Shown: positions 26,841 to 41,846, counted from the whole stretch's first letter. The stretch is 63,942 nucleotides of DNA, filler included, from Blastocystis sp. subtype 4 (GCF_000743755.1; 3 parts of 3 records of this genome joined end to end with filler, not necessarily neighbours in it), one strand, 5' to 3'. Notes: generated by a model not told the origin, from the sequence alone. Numbers and translations: made by a program.

Positions 26841-29602
26841 TCAAAATAAATCTTTCAATTCTACTAACGTTTCTGTAGTACAACCCTCATGCACAATCTG
26901 TCTCTCTCTCGTTAACGCCACATCCAAACCTAACGCCTCTCCACATATAGGACACTTCTGTCCCACCTCAACCACAACACGGGTATTTTGTATATCTTTC
27001 AGATACTTCTCCTTCTCCTTTAACTTCACCCTACTCTTCACTCTCATCACCTTTCCTACTGTGTCATTCCCAACTGAATTCTTGCTTCCCGTAACGTATC
27101 CATGGAGTGAGGAATGATTTGCTGGTAATACTGTAATAGCTCATGAGACAGCACATCCCCTGGCAATAACTCCAATACCATCAGAGGATCGATTCGATCA
27201 GCATGTTCTTCCAACACATGCAGACCAGCCTCACGGAATGCTTCTCGTTTCCTACGCCTCATCAGGCTTCTTATCACTTACTCTTCCTCCTTCTCATTAA
27301 AAAGCATCTTCAATAACAAGCGCCAGGCCTCCTGATCAGCACCCATACAACACTCACAAGCCAACTTCACTGAACGAAGTGTGTATAATAGCAAGTGCAA
27401 GGCCTCACCATAACGACCAAGACGTATTAGCACCGTCACTTGCTCAAAGTATAAAGGAACCTGGACCAGTGATGTATACACACTCTCTGCATCATAGTCT
27501 TCATTCCGCTGAAGGAACAAAAGCAACCTTTGACGCTGTGGTTTCACTTCTTGTGGAGTTTCATCGAAGACAGTTACATCCACAGAAAGAGCTTGTTCAT
27601 CCACTTGTTTTAATAAGTCTCGAATCAAGTCTTGAACATACTCTGTAGCAACAACAGGCACATGGAGCTGGAGAACAGTCACACAATAAGCAATGTACTT
27701 TTGATGATAGGAAGGATCTGTCATCAACTCCAACACACGATCATACACAGGAGCAGAACTGCAGGCAGCATCTGTGAATAAGCGATATCCTTCTTCAGGA
27801 TTCTGCTTCAAAATCCACGGAGCAAATCTCAATATCATTTGAATGTCTTCATTTTGTTCTGATCGCAAATACTCACAACTCCTCTTCAATCCATCCACAT
27901 TCTCTTCCTGTAGTTCTCCTTCTCCCAATTGCTGCCACAAACTCAACGCCTTCTCCGGTTTCTCCTTGATCAGATAGAACTGTGCCAATTCTCCATACAT
28001 CCCGCGGGACCACAACAAGTCATGAACATCCTCCTCTTCACACATTGTTGGCGATGCAATGAAGTCACCAACACGATTATCATTCAGGTGCAGTAGCAGA
28101 CGGAGCAGAGCCACATCCACCAGCCGACTCGGCTGAGTCTCATGAGCTTGGAAAAGTACTGCCAGCAACGACTCGTAAGCCTCGCGGAGACGGCTCTGAA
28201 CTTGCTCAGAATCAGCTATGATGCGAGCCGGATCCGCGGACTGTTGCTTCAGGATAGACAGCACAAACTCCGTGATAGAATGGACGTTACGTCCAAGTAC
28301 TTCACTCGTTATCACATGACCTTCAGGGAGATCTTTATATCGTAGGTCTGGGAAGAGTTGGAGGAGTTCTGCTGGATCCAGTGATGCATCACAGGCGTGC
28401 TGACTGGCCTCCTGAAACTGGAGGTTCTTCATATAGTACAAGAAGGCCTGTTGATGTGACTGTGACTTGTCCAGACAGGAACAACCCACATTCTCACACC
28501 GATGAAACACGTCGAAGGCTGTTTGGATCTGGCTATTCTGGAGAAGGCGAGTGACCAACATATCAGCATTGCTATAATCTATAATACTCACAGTACCACT
28601 GCTGTCAACACAGACACACAAACTATACGCTTCTGCTTGCATAGCATCCCACAGAAGAGAATTATCACAAATCCTCTCGATATTTGGAGTCGCCAAAGTC
28701 TGGACCAATTCACCACTATTTTGGTCATACACAGAAAGTGTCTCATTGAGCAAGAATAAGAACGGTGTATTGTATGCCATATCCTTGGCAACAGTTCCAT
28801 GCACGATCATGGTGTTTTGCACTGATGAATAAACGCCAGGGGCAGAATTGAAGACAACTGTACCCGAGTTAAGTACTTTCATCTCAAGAGGGGCAGAGAA
28901 CTTCACCGGAAGTTTCACGTCCGAAAGCACTTGGAGGGAAGATACATCAATTACCATCAAGTGGTCCTTGTATTGCAAATACACATTGGAACGAACCCAG
29001 CTAATGCGTAACGGTGTGTCATTTAAGGGAATAGTCTGAAACTGTCGGAATTGACCATGATCATAAGAGTATAATAGCAATCGTTTTTTGATCAAAACCC
29101 ACACTTGAAGCGCTCCTTCCCAGAGCATCCAGTTTAGTCCCATATCCAGAACATTTTGCACATCGATCTCACAGAACAATGGACTCAGACTGTTAAAATC
29201 AAATGCCGAGATGATTCCATCTATCCATAATGGTCCAACGGTCATCAATCCTACTGCTGAGAACGAAAACTTTGGATAATCCAATGACCGGGAGGATCTT
29301 CTGGATCCTCTTCTTACTTGCAATTGTAGATATTGTATTTGTCAATGTATATTTTCGGTACTGTAATTCACATTCAATACATTTTTACGTACAGTATGCT
29401 CTTCATTACGAGCTTCAGCAGACACAAAATATTCAAACAATTTGCCTCCCTTAATCGCAACAAAAACATGGATACGGTTGGAATCAACACCATCTATACG
29501 TTATCCTTATCTTCAAAACAAATCACTTGATAAGGCAATGGTTTCAACTTTGGTGGATTCCAACGTCACAATCTTTTGTAACTGAAATACTTCCGGATTC
29601 AT
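26841..29602 (-). CDS. Vps39/Vam6-TGFBRAP1 (HOPS/CORVET) family protein
   Basis: CNH-like N-terminus, ELAQFY..KPEKALSLW clathrin-like repeat, C-terminal CPICG..VHEGC zinc motif. Confidence 0.85.
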
Positions 29603-29677
29603 GCGAGGATCCTTTTCTCAACAAACACTCTGTTCTGATAAAATTGAGAGATTCCCGTGATTCCAAACAAACACATA

Positions 29678-31279
29678 CATTTCGTTGATTGATTGTTCAT
29701 CAAAACCATTGGTACCATACAATAAAACAAGCATCCATTCTTTACTGTCGTGCCACACATTAAATGTGGTGTAGCAACTGTGTGTCCATTGTAATCAATT
29801 TGAAGATAATACACTTGATTTACGGCAATTGGAATGTTCACACCGCTAGAATTCACGAGAATACTCCGTGCGTGGTTCAACTGATACTGCACGGTTTTCC
29901 CATCAGGCGTAGTCGATGTCACCATCATGGGCCGACTCACCATCTGTTGTGATGATTGTGAAAGAGGTTTAGTTGGAGGTACAGAAGACTTCGGTGGTGG
30001 AGCTGAAGAGGATTTGGATGATGGTTGGGTAGGCTTGACAGGTGGTTTAGAAGTAGATGACTGAGGCGCTGTACTTGAAGTTGGAGCACTCAGATTGGTT
30101 GATACAGCACCCAAATGTGTAGATCCATCACCGACTCTTGAAGTAGTTTGAACAGGTAGCGCCGATAATGAATCGGCTGCACCAATAGAAGAACTCGCCT
30201 CACCTTGCTCTACCTTTGATTTTGTATTCTCAAAATGAGGAATATCCACTCGGAAACGCCGCCTTTCATACTCCTCTTCGATCCGTTTATAACAGGCCAT
30301 TGAGCAATATCCCTGTTGTGTCTGAGGATGCTTGTATCGAGCAGGACCATCACCAAATACACATCGTTCTTTCTTAGGATGCTCCGAATGAGGCCACACT
30401 GGACATGCACTCGGAGAGGAATAAAGATAATAATAAGGACATTTTCGATTCGAAAGCAAACATAACCGATTTCCCGTGATTCTACACTTCATCCTTTCTC
30501 TCCATTCCTACACTTTCTTCTTGGCAACTGATTTCCTTTTCTCCTCTTCTTTCAATATATAATGTAAAGAACTACATTCCATCCTCTTCATATTAATACA
30601 TTGTGTTTTCAACTTCATTCGATGCACACTGACGCAACATCTGATTCTGTGTAATTCGTCGAATCACTTGCTTTTTCCGTGTATGACTCGACTAGTTCTC
30701 AAACAATACTCCTAATAATACAGCATCATCCATCTCTTCCTCATAAAGTCTTTGCGAAGCAGATATCATACTCTTGATCTTTGTTGAAGCTCGCAATGTC
30801 AACTCCATAGGTGGAGGTGGAGGTTCTTTCATTATTCCAATTTCAGAATCATACTTGGTTTGTGTACAGGAGCCGATACCGAGGGATTGGCTTCACCATC
30901 TTTGGGAGGCACTGCTTTTTTCTTTGATTTCTTTTTCTTAAATGCTGGATCTAAATACACTGTCCGTTTCACCTTTTCCTACAAAGATCAGTCTCTCTTA
31001 AAACAAATCACCTTCTTTTCTGGTCGTTCTATCACTAATGGTTGTTCATTTTCATCTTCTGGAAGATCGATATCCGAATCCTCACTATCACTCAAAGGTT
31101 CGTCCTCTATCTCTGAATCTCTGTCATATTGTTATACCATGCGAATCTGAAAAATCGTCATCATTACTTTCCTCTTTAAAGAAGTCTTGATTCCAAAATT
31201 GCATATCCGCCTCCATTGCTGCGCCTTCCAAAGCGTGCATTCTGGTACCTCGTGAAGATCGTTCTGGAAGACTCTTCAT
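29678..31279 (-). CDS. VPS72: Vps72/YL1/Swc2 (SWR1 complex subunit)
   Basis: ERSSRGTRMHAL...DMQFWNQDFFKEE and YL1_C-like CVFGDGPARYKHPQTQQGYCS. End is either poly(A)-made UGA at 29679-29678 or genomic TGA at 29599. Confidence 0.75.
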
Positions 31280-31352
31280 TTGTGACCAGAAAATAATCTA
31301 CTTCTTCTCAAGTCTATTTTCCTACAAACACATAATCAGAAAAGATAAACAA

Positions 31353-33278
31353 TTATAGAATTTCAATCGAACTCTTCTTTGAATTCTTCCTACTCTTCCT
31401 TCCCTTCTTCTTCTCCAATTCCGTTGGATTAAACATCACCATCTATCGATGATATGCATCTTTAATCACTCACATTTGTATTGATAGCAAATTCCGCTTT
31501 CACCTCATTCTCCTCCTTAATCTCTTCATCTGCAGCTACGGCACGCTCGTAACGAAGTTTCACAGCAGTCTTATCACCCACTGGAGACACTGCCATAATC
31601 GCCTATTCTTCATCTGTACCACAAATCCTCACTTCTTTCACCACATCCTCATTCAACATCGATACAGCAGATGATAGCATTGTCTCAATGTTGTCCTCTT
31701 TACGGAGAATTGATAGCATGTTACTCATAACAAGAAGACTTGTAGGAACCCGCTTCTCTACAGCTAACTGAAGCCACTGATTCATCAGATCCATATACTC
31801 CGCTTTCAACAATCCATCACTAGGTAAGCCACGCATCTCACAACACTGTGATAATTCTGCTCGTGTTAACCCTTGCAAACCTTCAAAATACAGTTCTCGA
31901 TCTTCCTTCACAATACTACGTAGACGCGTCTTTAGTCCAATTCGTGTCATTTCCTCTCCTCCCATCGTCATTACACCCATGTACTTTGCAATAGATGTTA
32001 GTTGGGCTCGATCCAAGTAATCCACCACAATTGCATCAGGAAATAATTTGCACACGCGTATCACATCGTCTATATCGTCTACTTGACCATATGCCACAGC
32101 ACGCACATCATGCAAGAGGTCCTATTCATCAACATCATCCATTAGAGGTACCGAAGCACATTCACCACAAGCAAGGTCTTCACGATGATGCTTCTTGGCT
32201 GTTGCCTTCATTGTATCATAATACTCACGTGCCATCGTCAAACGAGCCTCCAGAATGTTCTTACGAATATCAGCCTTCTTAGCCTCAGAAGTGAAACTAG
32301 AAGGAAGAAAATTGGGGAATTTCTGGGAATCAGTATTTTCAAACAATCTCACTTTCAATACAAACGGAAGAGCAAACTCACTAAAAGGAATAATAGCAAA
32401 CACTGTAAATGGAACGAGTCTGCTTGTATCGTTTACAGCATGCGCTAACTGCTTCTTCTCCCGGTATGTCAACTGACCTCCACAGATCATCTTCCAGAAG
32501 AGACGAGTTCCAGTGCGAAGTTCGTGTCCATACAACTTCGTGCTTGTCCATACATGCGATATACCCGTCTTGAGGGACGAAACGGCTCGATGATATGTTG
32601 ATTTCGCCTAGGTCACACTTTTCCAGAATTCTCACTTCTTCAGGATCTGTCGCTAGATTTACTGTGATTGAACAAATATTACCCACACCGCGCTACAACT
32701 CACAACAATAATCCAATCTTACACAAAGAGATTCTCCAAAACGAATTACCTTGCTTCCTGGAGCCACTACGTCGAAAACACTTTTGCTGCACTACAGTTA
32801 ATTCCCTCCTTCAGTCAAACAGGTAGTAAATTCAAAGAATCAGGTATTTGATCATCCTATTCATCACTTATCACCCTCTTCACTACATGCAAGGCCATTG
32901 GATCCAAAACCCACAGATCATCACGAATTAACTTCACAAAGGGGTCTTTGTATGGTTCATAATCTGCTTTCAATACATTCATATCTTCATCAAAGTACTG
33001 CTTCCGATCAAAGAAGTCTGCTACAGGAAGGGATTTCCCTGAACTCAGTCCCAACTTAGTTCGAGTCGTCCGCTTTGTATCTACACTGGCCGCCTTTTTC
33101 TTGCCATCTGGAAATGCAAGAACAATATCCTGCTTCGAATATACTGTTTGTGGAATTGTCTTGTTATATGCATATCGAGTGGTGATACTTCGAAGTAACT
33201 ACATTCACAGCAATCGCCAATCTCTACGATTGTTCCAGTCCGTGCTATGGCGGTGAACTGAATCGATCGAGATAACAT
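31353..33278 (-). CDS. LETM1: LETM1/Mdm38 mitochondrial inner membrane protein
   Basis: LTYREKKQL..DTSRLVPFTVFAIIPFSEFALP, FPNFLPSSF, ELSQCCEMRG; presequence-like MLSRSIQF; many introns. Confidence 0.88.
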
Positions 33279-33359
33279 TCTCCTTCAACTATGCACAAGT
33301 GAAGAAAGACAAAATAGCCCCGATTTTGGATTAGTTCTATTTCTCAAAAACGCAAGGAG

Positions 33360-36300
33360 ATGCCCGTTTCCGATTTTCACAATAGTTTAGAAGGAGTACG
33401 TCCTGTAAATTGCACGTTGATTCAGTAGAAACCGTTATGTGGTGTGTCCTTTTTTTGCATCAAAGTCCACAAATGGAAGGGTTTATATAGCCGTATTCTT
33501 TCGATTTCCAGTGAAGGAATTACTACATACAATCCAGATAAAGGAACGGTCACAAATACTTGGCCTTGGAGTTCAATTGAAGATGTATATGCTGAAGAAG
33601 GGGGAAACATGAAGTTTTCAATTATCACAAACATGGGAAAGTGTGTTTCGGATGAAAGGATGACGAGTAGAAGCAAACAAAAATGCACATTTCAATCAGT
33701 CAACATCCATGAACTTCTTTGTGAAGCAAGATCTCATCTACTTCGAGAGACAGTGCCATACTCGTTTGCTGCAGATAAAATATGTCGAGATGGATCCTAT
33801 CGGCACATTACTTTCCAGATAAGAGAAGGATATCTTCAAATGAACTATGGTTCGGGTTTGTTATGTATTCGTTCTATTCTCTTCTAGAGGGTGTTACTCG
33901 ACTTCTTCCACTCTATTTTATAACAAGAGCTGTTATTCTAGACCAAGAGGAAATGTTCTTATTGGAGATTCGCAAGAAGAAGCGATTTTATCGCTTAAAG
34001 GAGCGATTTGGCTTCGTCACTGCATTAGCCACGCAAATGAAACTCTGTGGAATGACCTTAGATCCCTCTCAACAGGCTAACTATGAAGAAGAAAGTATAG
34101 AGTCATTGTCTCCCTCTTCAAAACATCATTTCCTGTTCTCTGTTGAACGATTACGAGGACCAGATCAATTTCTTGCTTCTCACATCACGTAGATATCATG
34201 AATACATGTTAAAGATAGTGTAATGGAAACAGAATCAGGCCTCAACGATCCTAATACGCTTGGTGATGGAGTATCTGTTAGTGACAAGTCTCCCACTAAT
34301 GAGTTTGGATCCATCAGTGATAAATCTCCCAATGAGATAGAGTCTGCTAATGAGCTGTCTCCCAATGATCGGCAATCTATTCAAGAATCCTCGGTATATC
34401 CTGCATTCAGTTCCCACACCTCAAAACCACGACAACTTCGCATTAGTACTGAAGCTATAGAAGAGGTAGATCCTGAAGGTTCTATTGTATTTCATCATAT
34501 CCCTTTTACTGACCTTATTCGTATTGTTGCAGATATTAACACTCCATATGAACTCTCCTTTCAGTATCGTCGAGAAGCATTTCTTCATACTCTTTCGTAT
34601 CACATAGAACAAGTAATCCTTTCAAATCTATTGAGATTCTAGCGAAATGAGTTGGTGACGATTCTTCAGTGGATTCAATTAACTCAGTCTCATTCTTATA
34701 CTCTCATATCATCCTCCTTCTATCATCAGTCATATCAATTTCGGGGTTCTGCCAAGAATACAACAGATATGGCCAAACTATCCCTTCGTTGTCTTCAAAT
34801 TTTTACAAGGCCAGTTCCGTCTGAGTCTGATACCACACGACATAGTTCCATTACTAGTGAAGACTCTATTCTCTCTATTCTCTCTCATTCCTCTACACCT
34901 GTTCCTTGTTTCTCTTACCTAAATCTACTCAGTGCTGCAGAAGCTTATCTCGTGAATGCTCGTTTCTATTCATCTCATTCAGATCTGTCTCAAGACGAAG
35001 CTAAACGCATTATTGTCGTTGTGATTCAAGAATTGGTAGGAATAGCTACCAGTGATCACGGTAATCAATCTGATGCTTGTCTCTTGGTCCATTTTCTCCT
35101 TGAATTTTGTCGTCATTGTCCTTCTCTCTCTCTTCATACACTGTTACCTTCTCTGGAACCACTCTTTCTCCATCAAATCCTTAGTCAAGGATCTCTGTTC
35201 GCTCTCCAAGCATCTCTTCTTCAGTTCCTTCATGCTCTCCTGAACACAAAGGATGATATGGCTTCATTTTATCTCACTCTCGAAGCAGTACCAGAGTGGC
35301 TGGTACATTTAGCTTTCCAAGAAGGTTCTGAATATCAACTTCAGCGAATTCAAGCACTCACCATCCTTACACATGCATTCCGACAGCTTTTCCAGCATCC
35401 TCAACCTACCGCTCTCGTAGAATCCCTTCTTCCGCTTCTTCAACCTCATCTATCATCACTTTTGGGTGCGCTGACGGCTCCTCCTGTTGAACAGAGTGCT
35501 CTGTTGGAACTGCTTCATAGTCTAATGATGTCTGAATTCCTTCACTCGCTTCAGAATGAAGCATTAGAACAAAATCTTACATTGCAAGTATTACGCTGTT
35601 CTCTCTTCGATTCGTCTCCTGTTCTTCAACTTCTCGCACGCTGCTTACTTGTTCTCCTCGCATATCAGCATCCTCCAACGATTGCATTTCTCCATCGATG
35701 TTTCCCACGGGAATTCCATCATACTCTTGACTCATCTTCCCATTCAGGTCTCTTTGAAGCACTCGATGTCCAGAACTCTATAGCGGAAGCCACTTCTTCT
35801 CTCGATCTACTCCTTGCATGGCAGACTGTTCGTTCTCTCAAACTCCCTCCAGATGGTCCCGATTTCGTCTCTTTTTTTTCACTTGCTCTTTCCGATTCTC
35901 ACTCCTACTGTCTTGTATGGAATAGTACACAACGTACAGAGCTTCAGCTTGCACTGGATGGGGAAGTCAAAGTGTGGAGTGAAGCAACTCCTAACTGTGT
36001 GTGGAACAGTGACCAGTTCCGGGTCGAATACCCCTCCTACGACACCGAGTATCTCCTCTTTGATTATTTCCTTCGTCAGATCGCTGAGATTCCCGTGGTT
36101 GTGTATTGTTCTACAATGGAATCTCGTCTTCCAAAGGAATTACAAGGAGCCAAAATGAGTATTCCAAATCTGGAATTACGTGATCCTGCCCTATTTTTCA
36201 CTGCTCTTTATGCTCATATGCTCACAGCCGAGACATCCGAACATATTTGTTTGTTGTTACGTTGTCTTCGTGTTGTATATGCTCGTTATGTAAGTACTTG

Positions 36301-39300
36301 TGGTGAATTCTTTGATATGAATCATGTGCTACAGATGTGGATGAATCAAGAACCAAGTGCTCAACAGGATTTGATACTTCTGTTCTTTCAAACACTTCTT
36401 TTGTGTCCAGCCAACATAAATCATATTCTCAAACAGGCTGAATGTACTGTCTCCTTGTTATTACGCGTATTGATCACTGCTCATTCACAACAACCTCCTC
36501 CTGGTATCCTCTCTCCAGAGGACCGTTCTCTTGTTCTCTTGGACATCCTTGATTGTCTAATGTTGCAGAGTATCCCTCAGAACATCCAACCTAATCGAAC
36601 CCTCTTCCCTGCTCCTGTTATCTTAGGTTCTCTCTCTACACCACAAGCCCTATTAGCAATTGTGAATACTCTCTTCCTTCCATCACCTCGAATTGCTGGA
36701 TATGCCATGTCTCTCATCCTCGAGATCCAGAAGATAGTCCCTCAGTCCTTCAACAGCCTCGTTACTACACCATTCATTGACGCTCTTCTTCTGCGTCCCG
36801 AACCATGGCAACTCCTCCATGTTCTCTTCCTTCGCTTAGCGTTACAGCGCAAAGAACTTCTTCAAGGAGTTCTTCCTGATGCTCTTCTCAATGCATTGCG
36901 GTCTGCTGATCCCTCGCGGTTTATCAGTCTGTATACAGGAGAAGAGGTCAGTCCACGACTCATCTGGACTTCACCCATGCGGTCACGCTTACTGGCTTCT
37001 GTTCGTCATCACATTCTCCCATATTGGAACTCGTTGCATGATAATCCTGCTTCTCCTTACACATTCACTCCTCTGGCTCATATTCATTATCCTGAATTAG
37101 ATGGAGAAGTGTTTTGCGGCAAACACTTTTTGGGCCAATGGACGTCCCAAGGTAGCGCAATGGAGTTACAAGCGAAAGATCCTCGGATCTTACTCCTAGC
37201 ACTCAGTCGTGAGTGGCTACATGAAGGCAAGAGGAAGAAATGTGAGATGTCAGAACAACAATGTTTGGAGACCCTACAACTCACACCAGAGGAGTATCAG
37301 CAAGGAGGTGATGAAGTATGTGAGCGTCAGTTGTGGGCCCTCTGGAATAAGAAGCAGGAGGAGAGTGAGGATCAACGGACAGAACGTCAGCGTCATCTTC
37401 AACTAGCCTGTGATCTGTTAACTGGAGCTGTATTGCGTGCTGACGAGCCTGTAAAGTGGCGACTTCTCCTTCTGGTTCGTACACAATACCTTCTCTATGC
37501 ACATCATCCTATTCGTTTCCAATCATTTCCATATCCTTCGTTTGATCTTCTGGTCACACAGCTCCAAGCTTTGATTAAAGCAGATTCCCGTGATGATGAG
37601 TCCATGGAACTCCTTCAAGACCTCACGAGTCTCATGCTTGTCACTACGCAATGTGGAGTGGAGAATGCTGAATGTTTTGTCAAAGCACGTGGACTAACAG
37701 TGCTTCGGAACCTTCTCTTGTGGCTTGATCCGCAGGTACATCGAAACGACGAATCGGTGTATTCAATCCTCCAATTAAGCATGTCGCTACTTGCATATTT
37801 GGCCCAATTCCATTCATTATCCTCAGTTCTCATTGATCAACAAGACATAACCTCATTACTCTCATTGTATCCTTCTCTTTCGCTTCCTCTGCCCATCCTC
37901 TCCTCTATTCTTCAATACCTTACATCCTTAGCTGGATCTACAGAATTCCGAGCTACACTTATGCACACTCCTGTCAATCTTCTCTTAACTATCTTGCCGT
38001 TGCTTTTCCGTTTCGATGCAGAAGAGGAAGACAACCGTGAGCGTGCACTCAATGAACAGTGTCTTCGGTTTGGTCCTACGTTACGTCAGACTTCCTCAAG
38101 AGCATCTTCGGTTAGTGATCTCTCGCTGGCATCGGATCTGCCAGCCGTAACTCTTCCTCCATCAACATCAACATCTTGGGAGACTGAAGAGGTGGTAGCT
38201 GAGGCGACTCCTATACGGGAATCACTGGTATCGCTTGGGGATGCCTTGTCATGGAATCAGATCTGTCGTCAAGTGGTGGGTCTCTTAGCCACACTCATGA
38301 TTTCAACAGATCCTTCGCCATCTCTTCTTGGTACACTAATTACTCGCTTACTCACAAAATCCCTCTCAGATCTGTTAGCACGGCCAAATTCAGATCAGTT
38401 ACTGCGAATTCTCACCTCAGATTCTTATGAGAGTCCTTTCATCATTTGGAATGATTCAATGCGCACACAACTTCTTACGTTCCTATCTCGTCAACTAGAG
38501 AAGGCATTAGAAGGATCCACTTCATTCACTCATGATGCACTGGAGTTTGTATATGATGCCATCAAGGATGAGTTGCTTATAGCAGACGTCTTCGTACGTG
38601 TATATAACAGTCAGCAACCAGCTCAATTCCTTAAGGATGCAAAGTATTTTGATGGTCTTCTCTATTTCCTACAGCAGCAACGAGTAGGAACCAAGAAGGA
38701 AGGTGTGTTTACAAGCTTCTATGAGACTGAGTTACCTGCTGAATATGTCCAAATGATGCTTCAGAGCTTACAGTTGCTTCTCCAGAACAATCCAACTCTC
38801 GTTGATGAAGTCAGATGTGTTGATGATCTGTTAGTGTTACTGGGATTCCTTCAACCTCATATCATTGATTCACTTCCTCAGTGGGACTTGGCGGATACTT
38901 CTGTGGGTCAGGCATGTGATGTACTGTTAATGCTGACGTCACATCCTCGTATTTGTAATATGCTTGTTCAACAAGGAGCTTATGATATTGTGATTCAAGC
39001 TATCCTTCAGGATATTCCTCATCGACGTGATACTCTCTTCCTTCTCCTTCGGAATATTGCTCTCAATGCCACCTCCATGCAACCTACTCTTGTCGCATCC
39101 AATCTCTGGCTTCTCTTCCTTCGAACGCTCTTCCTCTCTCCTTCCGATTCCTTGCGTCAACAGCGGGCTATTTGTGTAGAAGTTCTGGGAACCTGGTGTC
39201 GTAATGAGGAAGTGAAATCACGCTGTCGAGTGATGCTACGAGCTTTCCTCCCTGGATATTTGGTGGAAGCTCTGACTGACACGACGGTCGACTTCCTGCG

Positions 39301-40285
39301 TCTCCTTGATGGAACTACAGTAACAGCAGAAGTTATTTGGGATGGAAACATGCGAACTGTGGCCAGTGAGGCCATTGAGAAGGAGTATCAACGGTATGCT
39401 CAACTATATGCACAAGGCGAAATATATGAGTTAAGTGATCACACTGTGACATATGAACAATTGCAGAGAGAATGGTGTGTTGGTGGAGTCTTTGTCAATA
39501 TCTATTTGTCAGAATCCTCGTATCGGCTACGAAAACCACGGGAATTCCTAGATACCGCAATGGATGAATTCTTCACTCGTTCAGAGAATCAGTTGAATCC
39601 TCCACAAAATGCAATTCCAAGTACTGCAGAAGAGGAAGCAAAGCAGCGAACAGCTCTACGTCAATTGACATTAGCAATCTGTTCAGAGTTGAGTTGGGAA
39701 GATCCTTCGGTCCTGGAGTACTTCTTACAAAAGGGTTATCTCCACCAGGTGTGTGATCTCTGGCGTCATTGTCAGCTTGAAGGTAAGCTTAATTGGCCAG
39801 TATCATGGCACTGCTGTCAGTTAGTATCAAATGTAAGTACAAGAGAAATGATTCATGAATAGTTGTGCGTAGATTCTCATGCTATGGATACAGTTGTTCA
39901 ATCATCCAATGTATTGGATTTGTTGTTGTGCTGCTTGAGGGAATCCACAGAGAATTGTGTTGAAGTTAGTAGTCTATTGTTACTATTGTTCAGAACTCGG
40001 GGACAAGACTGTGTCCAGTATGTGAAGGAACTGAATGTGATTCCATCCTTACTATCATGCTTTGATAACCCTATTAAGGTAAAAACTGAAGATGAAGAAG
40101 GAGCGAAAGAAGCTGAAAAGGAAATAATGGTAAGAATAGAAATCATAAGTAATGAACAGAGTAATATTTGGAGGACAATGAATGCAATTGATGTGTTGAG
40201 TAGTATTCATAATGAAGTGCGTGAAGTACTGCAAGACTCAGATTGGAATAAGTACAAAGAATTGAGTCATATGTATATTAGCTAA
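33360..40285 (+). CDS. RME-8/DNAJC13-like endosomal protein
   Basis: KVHKWKGLYSRILSI..GITTYNP..VTNTW N-terminus and four IWN-type repeats (LVWNSTQRTEL, LIWTSPMR, IIWNDSMR, VIWDGNMR). Confidence 0.88.
34262..34370 (+). repeat. Three degenerate ~11-12 aa coding repeats (SDKSPxNE)
   Basis: SVSDKSPTNEFGSISDKSPNEIESANELSPND. Confidence 0.6.
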
Positions 40286-40323
40286 ACTGTTTATGATTCA
40301 ACAAAGATTCAAAAGAAACATTC

Positions 40324-41846
40324 TTACATAGCAATAGAAAGAGGAATGGACACACTATTCGGTTTGAAACCAAGTTTCGACTGGAAGAAAAGGAACAAAT
40401 CTAGCCCTTATTGACATCGTTATCTCCTACACACCAAAACACTACCAACCAATGTGAGACCAGCGATAGCATATGCCAAAAGTCGTGAAGAAAAGTCCTG
40501 AAAAGGAGTGATATTATTTTCCAAGACCATTTTCTTTCGATTATTACAAGCATTGATCTAGATGAGATAATTCCATTGGACCTACTCGTTTTTGTACTTC
40601 CTTTACACGTGTTTCTACTGTGGATCGGAAGTGTGTCAGCAGACTGGCTGTTAACTCTTCATTCCGAGTCATCTTCTTCTCGATCAATTCTTGCTTTCTA
40701 CAAAACAATTCAGATCTCAGAAATACAATGATTCAATCATTTGATGATTCTGTTCAGAGAGACGAGTCAACTCACCACAATTTGTGGCATGTCGTGCAGG
40801 ACTCTGTTTCAATTCCTTCTGTAGATATGCTGTCACATTCTTCAAAGCATGAATCTCATTCTCCTGACGCACTAAATCCTCTCTTAACAGATGCAGATCA
40901 TCTTCTGTTAATGGATGCGTATCCTGTTCTGTTGGAGGGAGAAATGATGATTGGACAGGAAGAGAGGGAATTCGATCAAACGAATCTGAAACTGATTCAC
41001 TTTCATTCTCATTCGATGAATCAGAGATAGAAGACACTTCTCGCTTCCTTTGAGGTTTGCGGCGATTCTTCCCAAAAAATGATATACCAAATCCTCTTCG
41101 CTTCTTCTTCTCTTCCTTATGCTTTCGTGTCCTTGGAGTACTATCGATTGACAAGTCATCCTACCTTCCATCCTCCTTCCAAACTTACATTGTCCAGTTT
41201 CCGAGACCGCTGAAGTGACTTTCGCACTCCCTCGAAATACTTTGGTTTCTTCTGGTTCCGAAGGGTCGGTTGGGTCGTTGTACTCTCTGCTGCAGAAAAA
41301 CCATGGGAACGACTTCGACCGAATTGACTTCGGGGCACATATTCATTCGATAACGATTCTTCTGGACTCCTGAAGGAACCTTGAATGAAACACAAAGATA
41401 ATAGCCTACCAGTAGAGTGCACTGAAGAGAAGCTTGGGAAGACAGAATTGTGATGAACAACTGGAGATTCCCCCACTGTCTGAATTAGACAATTTGCATA
41501 CTCTGTCTGTATGTTAAATCCATTTCTCATATCTACCTGCTGCGTATCTTTTGAACTGTGATATACTTGCTGCTCCGTATGATGCTTGAACCGCTGCATC
41601 TTGTCATTTGTCACCATATTATCTAGAGATCACCATCATCATAGAAGCAACCACTTGAATGCGATCCATGACTCGTTCGTCCAAAAGTTGTTCGACGAGG
41701 TACAGGATCCTTGATGGATGAAGCTGGATTTCAGAAATTTAAAAGCATAAGATTACACCCCCTAAGAACTTCCGACTCGTCACTCTTTCTCTACATATCA
41801 TTCCATTCCCTGTATTCCTTACTGTGGATCTTCTGGAAGAGTTCAT
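40324..41846 (-). CDS. Hypothetical coiled-coil protein with C-terminal hydrophobic anchor
   Basis: ORFs 41156-41617 and 40717-41154 can be linked by short introns; heptad region; C-terminal LLAYAIAGLTL..LFLFF. Start uncertain. Confidence 0.45.
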
